Part shown: piece after piece, positions 10,051 to 18,982 of the stretch
Layout of the letters: each line of letters begins with the position of its first letter
Numbering within the stretch: position 1 is the first letter of the stretch
Sequence record: SRR31156797_1365
Reading direction: 5' to 3' (one strand)
Length of the DNA: 56,190 bases
Notes under the pieces: generated by a model
What the model saw: only the letters and a program-made list of their open reading frames with translations
What the model was told of the DNA's origin: nothing
Database searches by the model: none
Position numbers and translations under genes: made by a program

Positions 10051-10902
10051 CTACGCTTTATTCTCGCTAAAGCACAATCCAATATTCTTTCGTACAACTT
10101 CCTCTACCTTTGCCATTGCAGCTCTGCCGTATGCCTTAGGATCATAGATTGATGGGTCATCTTTCAGTGCCTGCTTCACGCCTTCAGTGTATGCAATTCT
10201 TAATTCTGTAGCATAATTTACTTTACACATACCTGCCTTAACACACTGCTTAACAATCTCTCCATCTACACCGGTTGTACCGTGAAGAACCAGAGGAATA
10301 TCTACCAATTTTTTAACTTCTTTTATTCTGTCAACATCAATGTTAGGTGTACCTTTATACAGACCATGAGCAGTACCTATTGCTATTGCAAGGAAATCAA
10401 CACCTGTTTTTTTTACAAATTCTGCTGCTTCCTTTGGATCAGTGTTCTTATCGCCATCTCCGCCGTCTAAATCGTCCTCTTTTCCGCCGACTTTTCCCAG
10501 CTCTCCTTCAATTGGTATACCGCAGGCTTTACCTACGTCAACTACTGATTTTGTCAGTGTAACATTCTCATCAAAGCTATAGTGCGAACCGTCAATCATT
10601 ACTGAGGTATATCCTGCTTTCATAGCACAAACTGCTAACTCAAAGCTATTACCGTGATCTAAGTGCATAGCTACGGGAATATCCACATTCTCGGCCAACG
10701 ATTTAACTATATGTTGATAAGTCTCAAGTGTTGAGTATTTAACCGTAGATGATGTAGTCTGTATTAAAATAGGTGATTTCAATTCATTTGCAGCTTTTAC
10801 TACTGCCATTGCCATCTCCATATTCTCAATATTGAATGCAGGGACAGCATACCCACCTTTTTGTGCATCCAATAGTAATTGTTTTGATGTTACTAATGCC
10901 AT
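10051..10902 (-). CDS. Class II ketose-bisphosphate aldolase (tagatose/fructose-1,6-bisphosphate aldolase, GatY/KbaY-like)
   Basis: HLDHG, SVMIDGS, EGELG, GTAHGLY, LVLHG and KVNYATE motifs. Confidence 0.9.
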   Translation of the reverse strand: MALVTSKQLLLDAQKGGYAVPAFNIENMEMAMAVVKAANELKSPILIQTTSSTVKYSTLETYQHIVKSLAENVDIPVAMHLDHGNSFELAVCAMKAGYTSVMIDGSHYSFDENVTLTKSVVDVGKACGIPIEGELGKVGGKEDDLDGGDGDKNTDPKEAAEFVKKTGVDFLAIAIGTAHGLYKGTPNIDVDRIKEVKKLVDIPLVLHGTTGVDGEIVKQCVKAGMCKVNYATELRIAYTEGVKQALKDDPSIYDPKAYGRAAMAKVEEVVRKNIGLCFSENKA

Positions 10903-10918
10903 GTTTTCTCCTTAATAA

Positions 10919-10932
10919 GCGAAACGTTTCGC
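10919..10932. promoter_or_regulatory. LacI-family operator, copy 3 (before the aldolase)
   Basis: Perfect 14-bp palindrome GCGAAACGTTTCGC between the promoter and RBS. Confidence 0.82.
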
Positions 10933-10946
10933 CTTGATTCATGATA

Positions 10947-10976
10947 AGTATAGCATATTAGCTTTATTTGTGTCAA
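10947..10976 (-). promoter_or_regulatory. Sigma-A promoter of the aldolase gene
   Basis: TTGACA-18-TATACT with an extended -10 TG. Confidence 0.72.
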
Positions 10977-10982
10977 TCAGAA

Positions 10983-11720
10983 TTAATAATATATCTTATC
11001 CAAAAATAACCCACATGCAGGAACAGTAAAGCCTGCTAATTCACGGTTAGAGCTTACAAAGATTTCATCAATTATGTTTTCCTTCATATCACCTCTGTTT
11101 ACTTCCAGCATTGTACCAACGATAATCCTAATCATATTATATAGAAATCCATTACCGGTAATATGAATTTTTATCATAAAATCATCTGATTCAATATCAA
11201 TCTTCTCAATATTACGTATAGTACTCTTTTTAGTCTTATCACTGGAAAACCCCTTAAAATCATGTTCCCCTATAAATTTTTGTGAAGTCTTTACTAACTC
11301 ATCTATATAAACAATTTGGTCATAACAGTATACATACTTTCGCTCAAATAGAGGTGGATATTTGGCATCAATTCGCCAAATATTATATGTGTACGTCTTT
11401 TTTTTTGCGTTGTATCTGCTGTGGAATCTGTCATCCACTTGGCTAACGTTAGTTACTACAATATCTTTTGGTAAATATAAATTTAATTCATTGCGCAGTT
11501 TTTCTTCATCTAGTTTCCTATTTATCTTGAAATTGCAAACCTGCATATTGGCATGAACGCCTGCATCTGTTCTGCTGGCACCACAGACTGTTATTCCATT
11601 TTCAAAATACTTTGACAGCGTTTCCTCAACCTTGCCTTGAATAGTTTTGGCTGTATTCTTCTGCCTTTGCCAGCCTTTGTACTTAGTTCCATCATAGGAT
11701 ATATCAAGTCTGTAATTCAT
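10983..11720 (-). CDS. truA: tRNA pseudouridine(38-40) synthase
   Basis: YDGTKYKGWQRQ, SRTDAGVHA, FHSRY and GFLYNMIRIIVG motifs. Confidence 0.95.
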   Translation of the reverse strand: MNYRLDISYDGTKYKGWQRQKNTAKTIQGKVEETLSKYFENGITVCGASRTDAGVHANMQVCNFKINRKLDEEKLRNELNLYLPKDIVVTNVSQVDDRFHSRYNAKKKTYTYNIWRIDAKYPPLFERKYVYCYDQIVYIDELVKTSQKFIGEHDFKGFSSDKTKKSTIRNIEKIDIESDDFMIKIHITGNGFLYNMIRIIVGTMLEVNRGDMKENIIDEIFVSSNRELAGFTVPACGLFLDKIYY

Positions 11721-11817
11721 TCATTTCTCCAAATCATATTTTGTACATACAGTATATAGTCATTATAATACCTTCTAAGTATATCGTATAGTACTGAATA
11801 TTATTTATAAGAAATAT

Positions 11818-12750
11818 TTATGTATTTAGTTGAACATGAGGAGCCAGCATGGAATTAATCACCTTTGTTATTTGTAGAGAAGAAGCTGTACTTTTATCTG
11901 CTAGAAGGACTACTATATTAAGCTCTCTAGGATTAATCTGTAAATCAACATTTACCTTTGCAATATTAATTGTCTCATTAACCAAATCAATTTTTAATAT
12001 ATCGCTGTCAATTTCTACATACCCTTTTGCTCTGTATAGATGTTTACTGCAGGCTTGTAAAAAGCTCTTTATTAAATCAATAGAAATAGGCTTGATGAAT
12101 TTCAAGATAAAGCTGTTTGGTCTTGATTCAACTGTATTGGTTGTATCTTCTACTTCTATTGAAAACATTTCGATATCACTCACTGAATAATTCACTACGC
12201 CAAAGCTTGAAGACAATATTTTCGCTCTGGGATTAATCTTCTCTATCGTATCTTTCACTTTCACCAGTGTATTTTTATCAACCATATCAATTTTATTAAC
12301 AATGACAAGATGGCTGTGCTCTATCTGACGCTTTATGCTCACCAATACATCCAGCTGCTGCAAGAAATACATTGCATCAACCAAGCAAATAACCCCTGAA
12401 AAGATGAATTCACTATCTGATGCTTCTTTTTTTATGATTTCTAAAATACTCTGGATATTTGATGGGTCTGAAAGCCCTGAACTCTCAATATATATTTCAT
12501 CTAAATCCATTTTAATGAGAGCTATTAGACCATCAATAAATTTATCCTTTAAGCATGCACAAAAAATAGAGCCGTTTTTCAGCTCTATTAAGTCAATGTT
12601 GCTAGTATTTAATGTAATAGTATCTACAGAGATTTTTCCAAATTCATTAATTAACACACCAGTTTTTTTAGAATCGTCTGACAGTATATTATTTAGGTAT
12701 GTAGACTTGCCTGAACCTAAAAATCCTGTTATTAAATATATCTTAGTCAT
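11818..12750 (-). CDS. CobW/COG0523 family G3E GTPase (metallochaperone)
   Basis: ITGFLGSGKST, INEFG, GSIFCAC, ESSGL, NKID, YRAKG motifs. Confidence 0.88.
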   Translation of the reverse strand: MTKIYLITGFLGSGKSTYLNNILSDDSKKTGVLINEFGKISVDTITLNTSNIDLIELKNGSIFCACLKDKFIDGLIALIKMDLDEIYIESSGLSDPSNIQSILEIIKKEASDSEFIFSGVICLVDAMYFLQQLDVLVSIKRQIEHSHLVIVNKIDMVDKNTLVKVKDTIEKINPRAKILSSSFGVVNYSVSDIEMFSIEVEDTTNTVESRPNSFILKFIKPISIDLIKSFLQACSKHLYRAKGYVEIDSDILKIDLVNETINIAKVNVDLQINPRELNIVVLLADKSTASSLQITKVINSMLAPHVQLNT

Positions 12751-12790
12751 AGTATTATTGCTCTCTGCTTATATATAATCACTTAGTGCT

Positions 12791-14149
12791 CTAGCTATTT
12801 AATACACTGTCGATAACTTTAAACAATTCTTCTCTGCTTGGAATAATGGATGACCATTTTAACTGCCCGTTTACATACACACTAGGAAGATTGGTAACGC
12901 CCATCTTCTTGCAGCGTGCGATGTTTTCCTTCTCTGTAAACTTATATTCCACTACGTCTATCTTGCTGCCGTATTCCTTTGCTGCTTCATTAACTGCAGC
13001 AACCATATACGTACATGCAGCACAGGTAGCTGAATCCAGAGTAAATGCTTCTATTAAAGGCTTCTCCAGATTATCATAGTCTGGTATTTCCACATCAATA
13101 TTAATTTCTGGAGCTACATAGTCTGCAACCATCTGACGAACTGTACCCAGTTCACGTACCGCCTGAGCAACACCTATTGTATTCTCAGCTGGCACTGCGT
13201 AAGGCATATCACAGCCTGGTGCAACTATTAAATTATCATTGCTCATACTATCTAGCATATCTACAACATATTTCATGTTTTCCTGCTGTGTTCCGTGAAG
13301 CATCAATGTTGTCAGAGGAATATTACCACCAATAGCAATATTATATGAATCAGTAATTTCTTTAGCTTCCTTAATATTAACATTTTCATCAATAGATATT
13401 GAATCAGGATTAGTCTTGCACATAACATCTAACTGACGTGTTGCGTTACCGCATACAAAGAAAGATGATTTGGCTCCTTTGGCATGAATATATTCATATA
13501 CTGCACTGAATGCATCATGACACATACTGGAAAAATGGTCAGGTGAAATCTGCGATACCAAAGGATCCACCACTGCAATTACATCCATTCCAGCATCAAC
13601 ATACATGTCAATCATCTTAAATGCTGTTTGAGTTGTGTATTCCATGAGTTTTTTCACATAACCTTCATCCATAATCATATCCATAAAGATATTATTGCCT
13701 CTAAGGTGAGAAGCCAATGTAAAAGGTCCGCATATTAGTCCATATAATGCTGTTTCGTCACCTAATTCCTTTTTGATTCTTCTCATTACATCTAGAATCA
13801 TTGGCAGTCTGCCTTTTTCCGGATTTGGCTGTCTGCAGTCACAGAGCATATCCGTAGTGTCTGCTAAAGGATGAGATTTAACTGATGGAGGTGCATCATC
13901 TGCCCACATCATTTCACATCCTAATATTTCAGCTTCTACCTGCAAATCAAATATTACAGGCATACCATCAGGCTGATATAGCTCATATACCTTAACTAAT
14001 GCATTGAATAAATCATCAGTATTTGTCAATACTTCTGTTGCAGTTTTATCAATTAAATATCCCGCATGAACTCCGGCAAATGGAACCCATGCTGGTCTGT
14101 CCACCTTTTCATGCTCTAGGATTTTTACTACTCGTTCTTTCCCGGTCAT
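12791..14149 (-). CDS. MtaA/CmuA-like (URO-D fold) corrinoid methyltransferase with a C-terminal thioredoxin-like CxxC domain
   Basis: DLQVEAEILGC, GPFTLASHLRG, VCGN, GGNIP, APGCD motifs; roughly 95-aa C-terminal extension TLDSATCAAC...GVTNLPSVYVNG. Confidence 0.85.
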   Translation of the reverse strand: MTGKERVVKILEHEKVDRPAWVPFAGVHAGYLIDKTATEVLTNTDDLFNALVKVYELYQPDGMPVIFDLQVEAEILGCEMMWADDAPPSVKSHPLADTTDMLCDCRQPNPEKGRLPMILDVMRRIKKELGDETALYGLICGPFTLASHLRGNNIFMDMIMDEGYVKKLMEYTTQTAFKMIDMYVDAGMDVIAVVDPLVSQISPDHFSSMCHDAFSAVYEYIHAKGAKSSFFVCGNATRQLDVMCKTNPDSISIDENVNIKEAKEITDSYNIAIGGNIPLTTLMLHGTQQENMKYVVDMLDSMSNDNLIVAPGCDMPYAVPAENTIGVAQAVRELGTVRQMVADYVAPEINIDVEIPDYDNLEKPLIEAFTLDSATCAACTYMVAAVNEAAKEYGSKIDVVEYKFTEKENIARCKKMGVTNLPSVYVNGQLKWSSIIPSREELFKVIDSVLNS

Positions 14150-14162
14150 AATACCCTCCTGA

Positions 14163-14798
14163 CTATCCAGCCATTATCAGTTTGGCTTCGTTTGCTGCAC
14201 TTGCAGCATCCGCTGTATATTTATCTGCACCAATTTCCTGACAATATGCATCTGTTACAGGTGCACCACCAACCATAACCTTAACTTTGTCACGTATGCC
14301 CTTTTCCTCAAGAGCAGCGATTACTTCCTTCATGTAAGTCATAGTTGTAGTCAGTAGAGCTGACATGCACAGAATATCAGCATTATTTTCTTCTAATGCA
14401 GCGATATACTTATCAGCTGACACATCAACACCTAAGTCAATGACCTCAAATCCTGCACCAGTCATCATCATAGCAACCAAATTCTTACCTATGTCATGCA
14501 AGTCACCTTTTACTGTGCCAATTACAACCTTGCCCTTTGCTTCTACGCCTTCCTCGGTCAATAATGGTTTAATTACGTCTAGACCACCATTCATAGCACG
14601 TGCAGCAATCAATACTTCTGGTACGAATACTTGGTTATTCTTAAACTTTTCACCGATTACGCCCATACCTGATAATAATGCATCAAGTATTTCTGATGCT
14701 GATACTTTTTCCTCTACACATTCCTTTGATAATGCTATAACCTGAGGCATGTTTCCTTTTTGCAGTAATTCATTTATTTGTGTTAGTTTCTCTGACAT
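14163..14798 (-). CDS. Corrinoid (cobalamin-binding) methyltransferase protein, MtaC/MtbC-like
   Basis: FVPEVL cap domain plus GDLHDIGKN, SALLTTT and GGAP B12-binding motifs; RBS AGGAGG. Confidence 0.93.
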   Translation of the reverse strand: MSEKLTQINELLQKGNMPQVIALSKECVEEKVSASEILDALLSGMGVIGEKFKNNQVFVPEVLIAARAMNGGLDVIKPLLTEEGVEAKGKVVIGTVKGDLHDIGKNLVAMMMTGAGFEVIDLGVDVSADKYIAALEENNADILCMSALLTTTMTYMKEVIAALEEKGIRDKVKVMVGGAPVTDAYCQEIGADKYTADAASAANEAKLIMAG

Positions 14799-14843
14799 AA
14801 TTCTCCTCCTAATTAAACAGATTAAATTCGTATCATAATAATA

Positions 14844-14876
14844 AACAAATTACTGTTATTGTTATAGTAATTTGTT
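14844..14876. promoter_or_regulatory. Inverted repeat upstream of the corrinoid/methyltransferase operon (operator or terminator)
   Basis: AACAAATTACT-N11-AGTAATTTGTT, perfect 11-bp arms. Confidence 0.4.
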
Positions 14877-14923
14877 ATTATATTTTGTATTTTATTGCTA
14901 TTATATGTATAGGAAATAAATTG

Positions 14924-15562
14924 TTATTTACTTAATAGATATGATTTTATTAATGTGCTTGCACCATATGCATCATTGGCATAGTAATCTGCACCTACGT
15001 TTATTGCAAAGTTCTCTGTAATAGGTGCTCCGCCGATTATAATCTTTAACTTATCCCGCAGTTTGCCTTCCTCAATTTTGGTTATTACTTTCTCCATCTC
15101 TATCATAGTAGTAGTAAGAAGTGCTGACATCGCAACTATATCAGGTTTATGCTCATTAATTGCCTTCAAAAAATCCTGTGCTGATACATTTATTCCTAAA
15201 TCTATGACTTTTATATCCGAGCTTTCCAAGAACAGCTTTACTATATTTTTACCAACGTCATGATGATCTCCTTCTACAGTACCAATGACAACTGTACCGA
15301 TAAAATCATCATTATTAATAATATATGGATGTATCTCTTCCAAAGCAACATTAAAAGCCCTTCCTACAATTAAGACTTCAGGAACAAATATAATATTCTT
15401 ACGGAATTTTTCACCAATATCCTCCATTGTAGAAAGCATGGTTTTAAGTATGATTTTGTATGATATTCCTTCCTCAAGCGCAGTTCTTACGTGCTTTCTT
15501 ATGGCAGAACTGCTACCCAATTCGAGGCTCTTTACCACATCGTCTAATATATCCATTATCAT
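14924..15562 (-). CDS. Second corrinoid-binding protein, coupled to the regulator gene
   Basis: FVPEVL, GDHHDVGKN, SALLTTT, GGAP motifs; begins 3 bp after the regulator stop. Confidence 0.88.
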   Translation of the reverse strand: MIMDILDDVVKSLELGSSSAIRKHVRTALEEGISYKIILKTMLSTMEDIGEKFRKNIIFVPEVLIVGRAFNVALEEIHPYIINNDDFIGTVVIGTVEGDHHDVGKNIVKLFLESSDIKVIDLGINVSAQDFLKAINEHKPDIVAMSALLTTTMIEMEKVITKIEEGKLRDKLKIIIGGAPITENFAINVGADYYANDAYGASTLIKSYLLSK

Positions 15563-15565
15563 CTC

Positions 15566-16843
15566 CTAGAAATTCAGCTTTCTGTATTTGCCCGGTGTTA
15601 TACCTTCATGCTTTTTGAATACCTTTGTAAAATAGCTTTGGTCGTTAAAGCAAAGCTTTGCTGCAATATCTCCTATAGGTATTTTCTCATCAGCTAGGAA
15701 TTTCTTGCTTTCCTGTACTCTTACAGTATTTAAATAATCAATATAAGTCATACCCATTCCCTTGGAAAATAGCTTCGAAAAATATGTAGGGCTCAATGAA
15801 ACATGAGTAGCTACTTCTTCCAGAGATATACCAGACTGAATATTTTTATTAATAAAAATAACCGCTTTTCTTAGAAGCGACTTAGAATCAGATTTATCAC
15901 TGGTAATCGGAAATACCAGAAGAATCATTTTCTCGACTATTTTAGTAAGACCAAGACAGATTTCCTCAATATTGTTGGTGTCTAGTGCAATGTCAAATAT
16001 TTTTGATGTAAGCTTTGATACGTCTTCATATCTTGCACCACCTCTAATAGCAGCACGGGACATAACTACAACCAGTTCTATACTCATGGAAACAATTCGC
16101 CTGTTGTCTCCGCTGTGTTTAAAAAAAATATGACCCAATAGTTCATTTAATATTGTCTTAGCTTCTTTTTCATTGCCTTTAACAATACATTCTGATAGCT
16201 CCTGCTCCAAGTGTATAGGATAACCTAAACCCGAGGAAGCCATAGACTCTAAAAATTTAATCTCCTGAAGATGCTCGCTGATGCTTCGCTGTTCATCAAG
16301 TATTTCTTTGTTTTTACGAAGCTGCTCCTTTGTATATTCACTGATATTATTTGCCAAAATACTAAGAAGCTTCATCTGATGCCTGGCTACGCTGGGTGAA
16401 ATTACTGGTAAATCTTTATATAGTTTAGTAAGCCTATCTTTATCTTCATTACTTGCATTTGAATTTTGTACTGCTGATTCGATAACAGCGATATCCGGTT
16501 CAGTCATATGGATAGGTCCGCCCTGTATTGATCCTGAAAATCCAGTATTATCTATTGAAACTGTATAGTAAACAACTCCTGCACTGCAATAGGAAATATA
16601 AGCCTCTCCCAGCTTCTTTGCCTGTATCTTTGACTCTATATGTTCACTGGTGCATTCATTGCTGCAACCTGTTATTCTCTTAAAAACATCACAATAATTA
16701 TATAAGTCTTTACGTGAATAGATAGCATTTCCATTACCATCATATAGAATGCAATCAATACCAGTCGAACTTTGGAAAACATCCATCATTTCCTTTATAT
16801 AATTTATGTTAACACTTTTAAGCATACTATTACCCTTAATCAA
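15566..16843 (-). CDS. AraC family regulator with an N-terminal PocR ligand-binding domain
   Basis: N-terminal Cys pattern YC..C..YCSAG..GGP; C-terminal double HTH SPTYFSKLF...FNDQSYFTKVFKK..GITPGKYR. Confidence 0.88.
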   Translation of the reverse strand: MIKGNSMLKSVNINYIKEMMDVFQSSTGIDCILYDGNGNAIYSRKDLYNYCDVFKRITGCSNECTSEHIESKIQAKKLGEAYISYCSAGVVYYTVSIDNTGFSGSIQGGPIHMTEPDIAVIESAVQNSNASNEDKDRLTKLYKDLPVISPSVARHQMKLLSILANNISEYTKEQLRKNKEILDEQRSISEHLQEIKFLESMASSGLGYPIHLEQELSECIVKGNEKEAKTILNELLGHIFFKHSGDNRRIVSMSIELVVVMSRAAIRGGARYEDVSKLTSKIFDIALDTNNIEEICLGLTKIVEKMILLVFPITSDKSDSKSLLRKAVIFINKNIQSGISLEEVATHVSLSPTYFSKLFSKGMGMTYIDYLNTVRVQESKKFLADEKIPIGDIAAKLCFNDQSYFTKVFKKHEGITPGKYRKLNF

Positions 16844-16942
16844 TAAGCACTATTATAACACAATGCAAAAGTTTTAATAAAATATTATCATATTTGTTAA
16901 CTTCTTAGACAATTTGAGTATTTTACTAGAATTCATATATAC

Positions 16943-17803
16943 TTATTTTGAAAATACAACATAATTTATCAACGAGCCAATGCCTTCTATAGATATCTCT
17001 ATCTTATCTCCCTGCTGCAGATATTTAGGAGGATTATATCCCTTTCCTACTCCACTTGGCGTGCCAGTAGCTATGACATCACCGGGATTTAATGTCATAC
17101 CTTTCGAAATTCCAGCAATCAATGCAGGAATATCATGAATCATTAAATTTGTATTTGCATCCTGACGTACTTCATCGTTAACCATAGTACGAATTGATAG
17201 ATTATTACCATCCTCAATTTCATCTTTCGTAACTATCCACGGACCTATAGGACAATGTGAATCCAGGCTCTTACCCTTGAACCACTGCTGATGTTTATCC
17301 TGCAAATCTCTTGAAGTTACATCGTTTACAATTGTATATCCATAAACATAGCTTAAGGCATTTTCCCTGTCAATATTCGTACCTCTATTACCGATTATTA
17401 TGGCAAGCTCTGCCTCATAATCTACGTTATCGCATACATTTTCATGACGGTATATGTTATGGAACGGTCCAGTCACACTGCTTAATGCTTTTGAGAAAAA
17501 TATAGGTATTTCCTTTACTCGCTCAACATCATCATCATTTCCATCAAACTCCAAGATATGGTCATAATAATTTTTGCCAATACAGAGAATATTCTTCGTA
17601 GGCAAAACAGGAGCAAGCAGTTCTACATTTTCTAGTTTAAGCTCCTTTTTTAGAAATAATTCATCTTTATCAAACAATTCTATTACTTGTTCAAAGCTGT
17701 TTATACTCTTTATACGCTCGATATCAGTAAAAATTAATTTATCAGTATCACTGAGTTTTCCCCAGTATATTTCATTATTGTATCTGAATTTTACTATTTT
17801 CAT
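16943..17803 (-). CDS. Fumarylacetoacetate hydrolase (FAH) family protein
   Basis: CIGKNY, DYEAEL, NDVTSRD, KSLD, GTPSGVG motifs; start moved to ATG 17803 after AGGAGAGGG. Confidence 0.9.
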   Translation of the reverse strand: MKIVKFRYNNEIYWGKLSDTDKLIFTDIERIKSINSFEQVIELFDKDELFLKKELKLENVELLAPVLPTKNILCIGKNYYDHILEFDGNDDDVERVKEIPIFFSKALSSVTGPFHNIYRHENVCDNVDYEAELAIIIGNRGTNIDRENALSYVYGYTIVNDVTSRDLQDKHQQWFKGKSLDSHCPIGPWIVTKDEIEDGNNLSIRTMVNDEVRQDANTNLMIHDIPALIAGISKGMTLNPGDVIATGTPSGVGKGYNPPKYLQQGDKIEISIEGIGSLINYVVFSK

Positions 17804-17862
17804 TTTTCCCTCTCCTATTTGCATTTGCATTATTTACATATATTATATCATAATATAAAGCA

Positions 17863-17890
17863 AAGCCACACATTTAATGATGTGTGGCTT
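17863..17890 (-). terminator. Hairpin after kdgK
   Basis: AAGCCACACAT-N6-ATGTGTGGCTT perfect 11-bp stem. Confidence 0.6.
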
Positions 17891-17944
17891 ATATCAGGTA
17901 CACTGGGGTAAAGCATAAAACCCCATCTTACGAGGAAACTAATT

Positions 17945-18973
17945 TTATCTGTTCACACGACCAGATCCGTCGCCATGCATCAATTTCTCAGCATCTGTAG
18001 CCTTTACTCTGTTGAAGTCACCACTTATAGAATGCTTCAGACAACTGGCCGCTACAGCGAATTCCAATGCGTCCTGTTTATCGTCATATGTGTTAAGTCC
18101 ATAGATAATTCCGCCTGCAAATGAGTCACCGCCTCCAACTCTATCGATTATATCATTTATCATATAGCGTTTTGACAGGTAGAAATTCTCTCTGTCGTTG
18201 AGGCAGGCACCCCAGCCGTTGATATCTGCTGATTTACTCTCACGCAAGGTAATTGCTATCATTTTTAAGTTTGGAAATTCTGCCAGAACTTTATCTCCCA
18301 GCAGTTTATACTTATTAGTATCCAATGAACCACTCTCTACATCGACATCAACATGTATGCCCAGAGACTTCTGGCAGTCCTCTTCATTAGCGATTCCAAC
18401 ATCAACATATTTTACTAGTTCATTCATTACTTCAATTGCAGTTTCACCATATTTCCATAACTTTTTACGGAAATTAAAGTCACATGAGACAGTTACGCCA
18501 TGTTCCTGAGCCTTTTTTACAGCTTCTAACGACATTTCTTTTGCCTTTTTGCTGATTGCAGGTGTAATACCGGATATATGGAACCAATAAGCATCGGTGA
18601 AAATCTCATTCCAATCAACTTCGCCCTTTTCCATTAATGCAATAGATGACTCTGCTCTGTCATATATTACGTTTGATGGTCTTTGATTTGCTCCAGCTTC
18701 AAGAAAATATATACCTACACGACCATCACGTCGTACAATCTTTGTCGTATCTACTCCAAATCCTCTGATTTCTCTGATACACGCATCTGCAATATCATTT
18801 TCAGGCAAAGCAGAAACAAATTGTGCATCTAAGCCGTAGTTTGCCAGTGATACTGCTACATTTGCTTCTCCTCCACCAAATGTTGCCTCAAGACTTGGTG
18901 ATTGAAATAATTTCTCGTGTTGTGGAGATTTTAGTCTAAGCATTACCTCTCCAAATGTAACAAATTTACCCAT
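17945..18973 (-). CDS. kdgK: 2-keto-3-deoxygluconate kinase (PfkB family)
   Basis: [30 protein letters not shown] and DRVGGGDSF motifs; adjacent to eda. Confidence 0.88.
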   Translation of the reverse strand: MGKFVTFGEVMLRLKSPQHEKLFQSPSLEATFGGGEANVAVSLANYGLDAQFVSALPENDIADACIREIRGFGVDTTKIVRRDGRVGIYFLEAGANQRPSNVIYDRAESSIALMEKGEVDWNEIFTDAYWFHISGITPAISKKAKEMSLEAVKKAQEHGVTVSCDFNFRKKLWKYGETAIEVMNELVKYVDVGIANEEDCQKSLGIHVDVDVESGSLDTNKYKLLGDKVLAEFPNLKMIAITLRESKSADINGWGACLNDRENFYLSKRYMINDIIDRVGGGDSFAGGIIYGLNTYDDKQDALEFAVAASCLKHSISGDFNRVKATDAEKLMHGDGSGRVNR

Positions 18974-18982
18974 AGTATCCTC

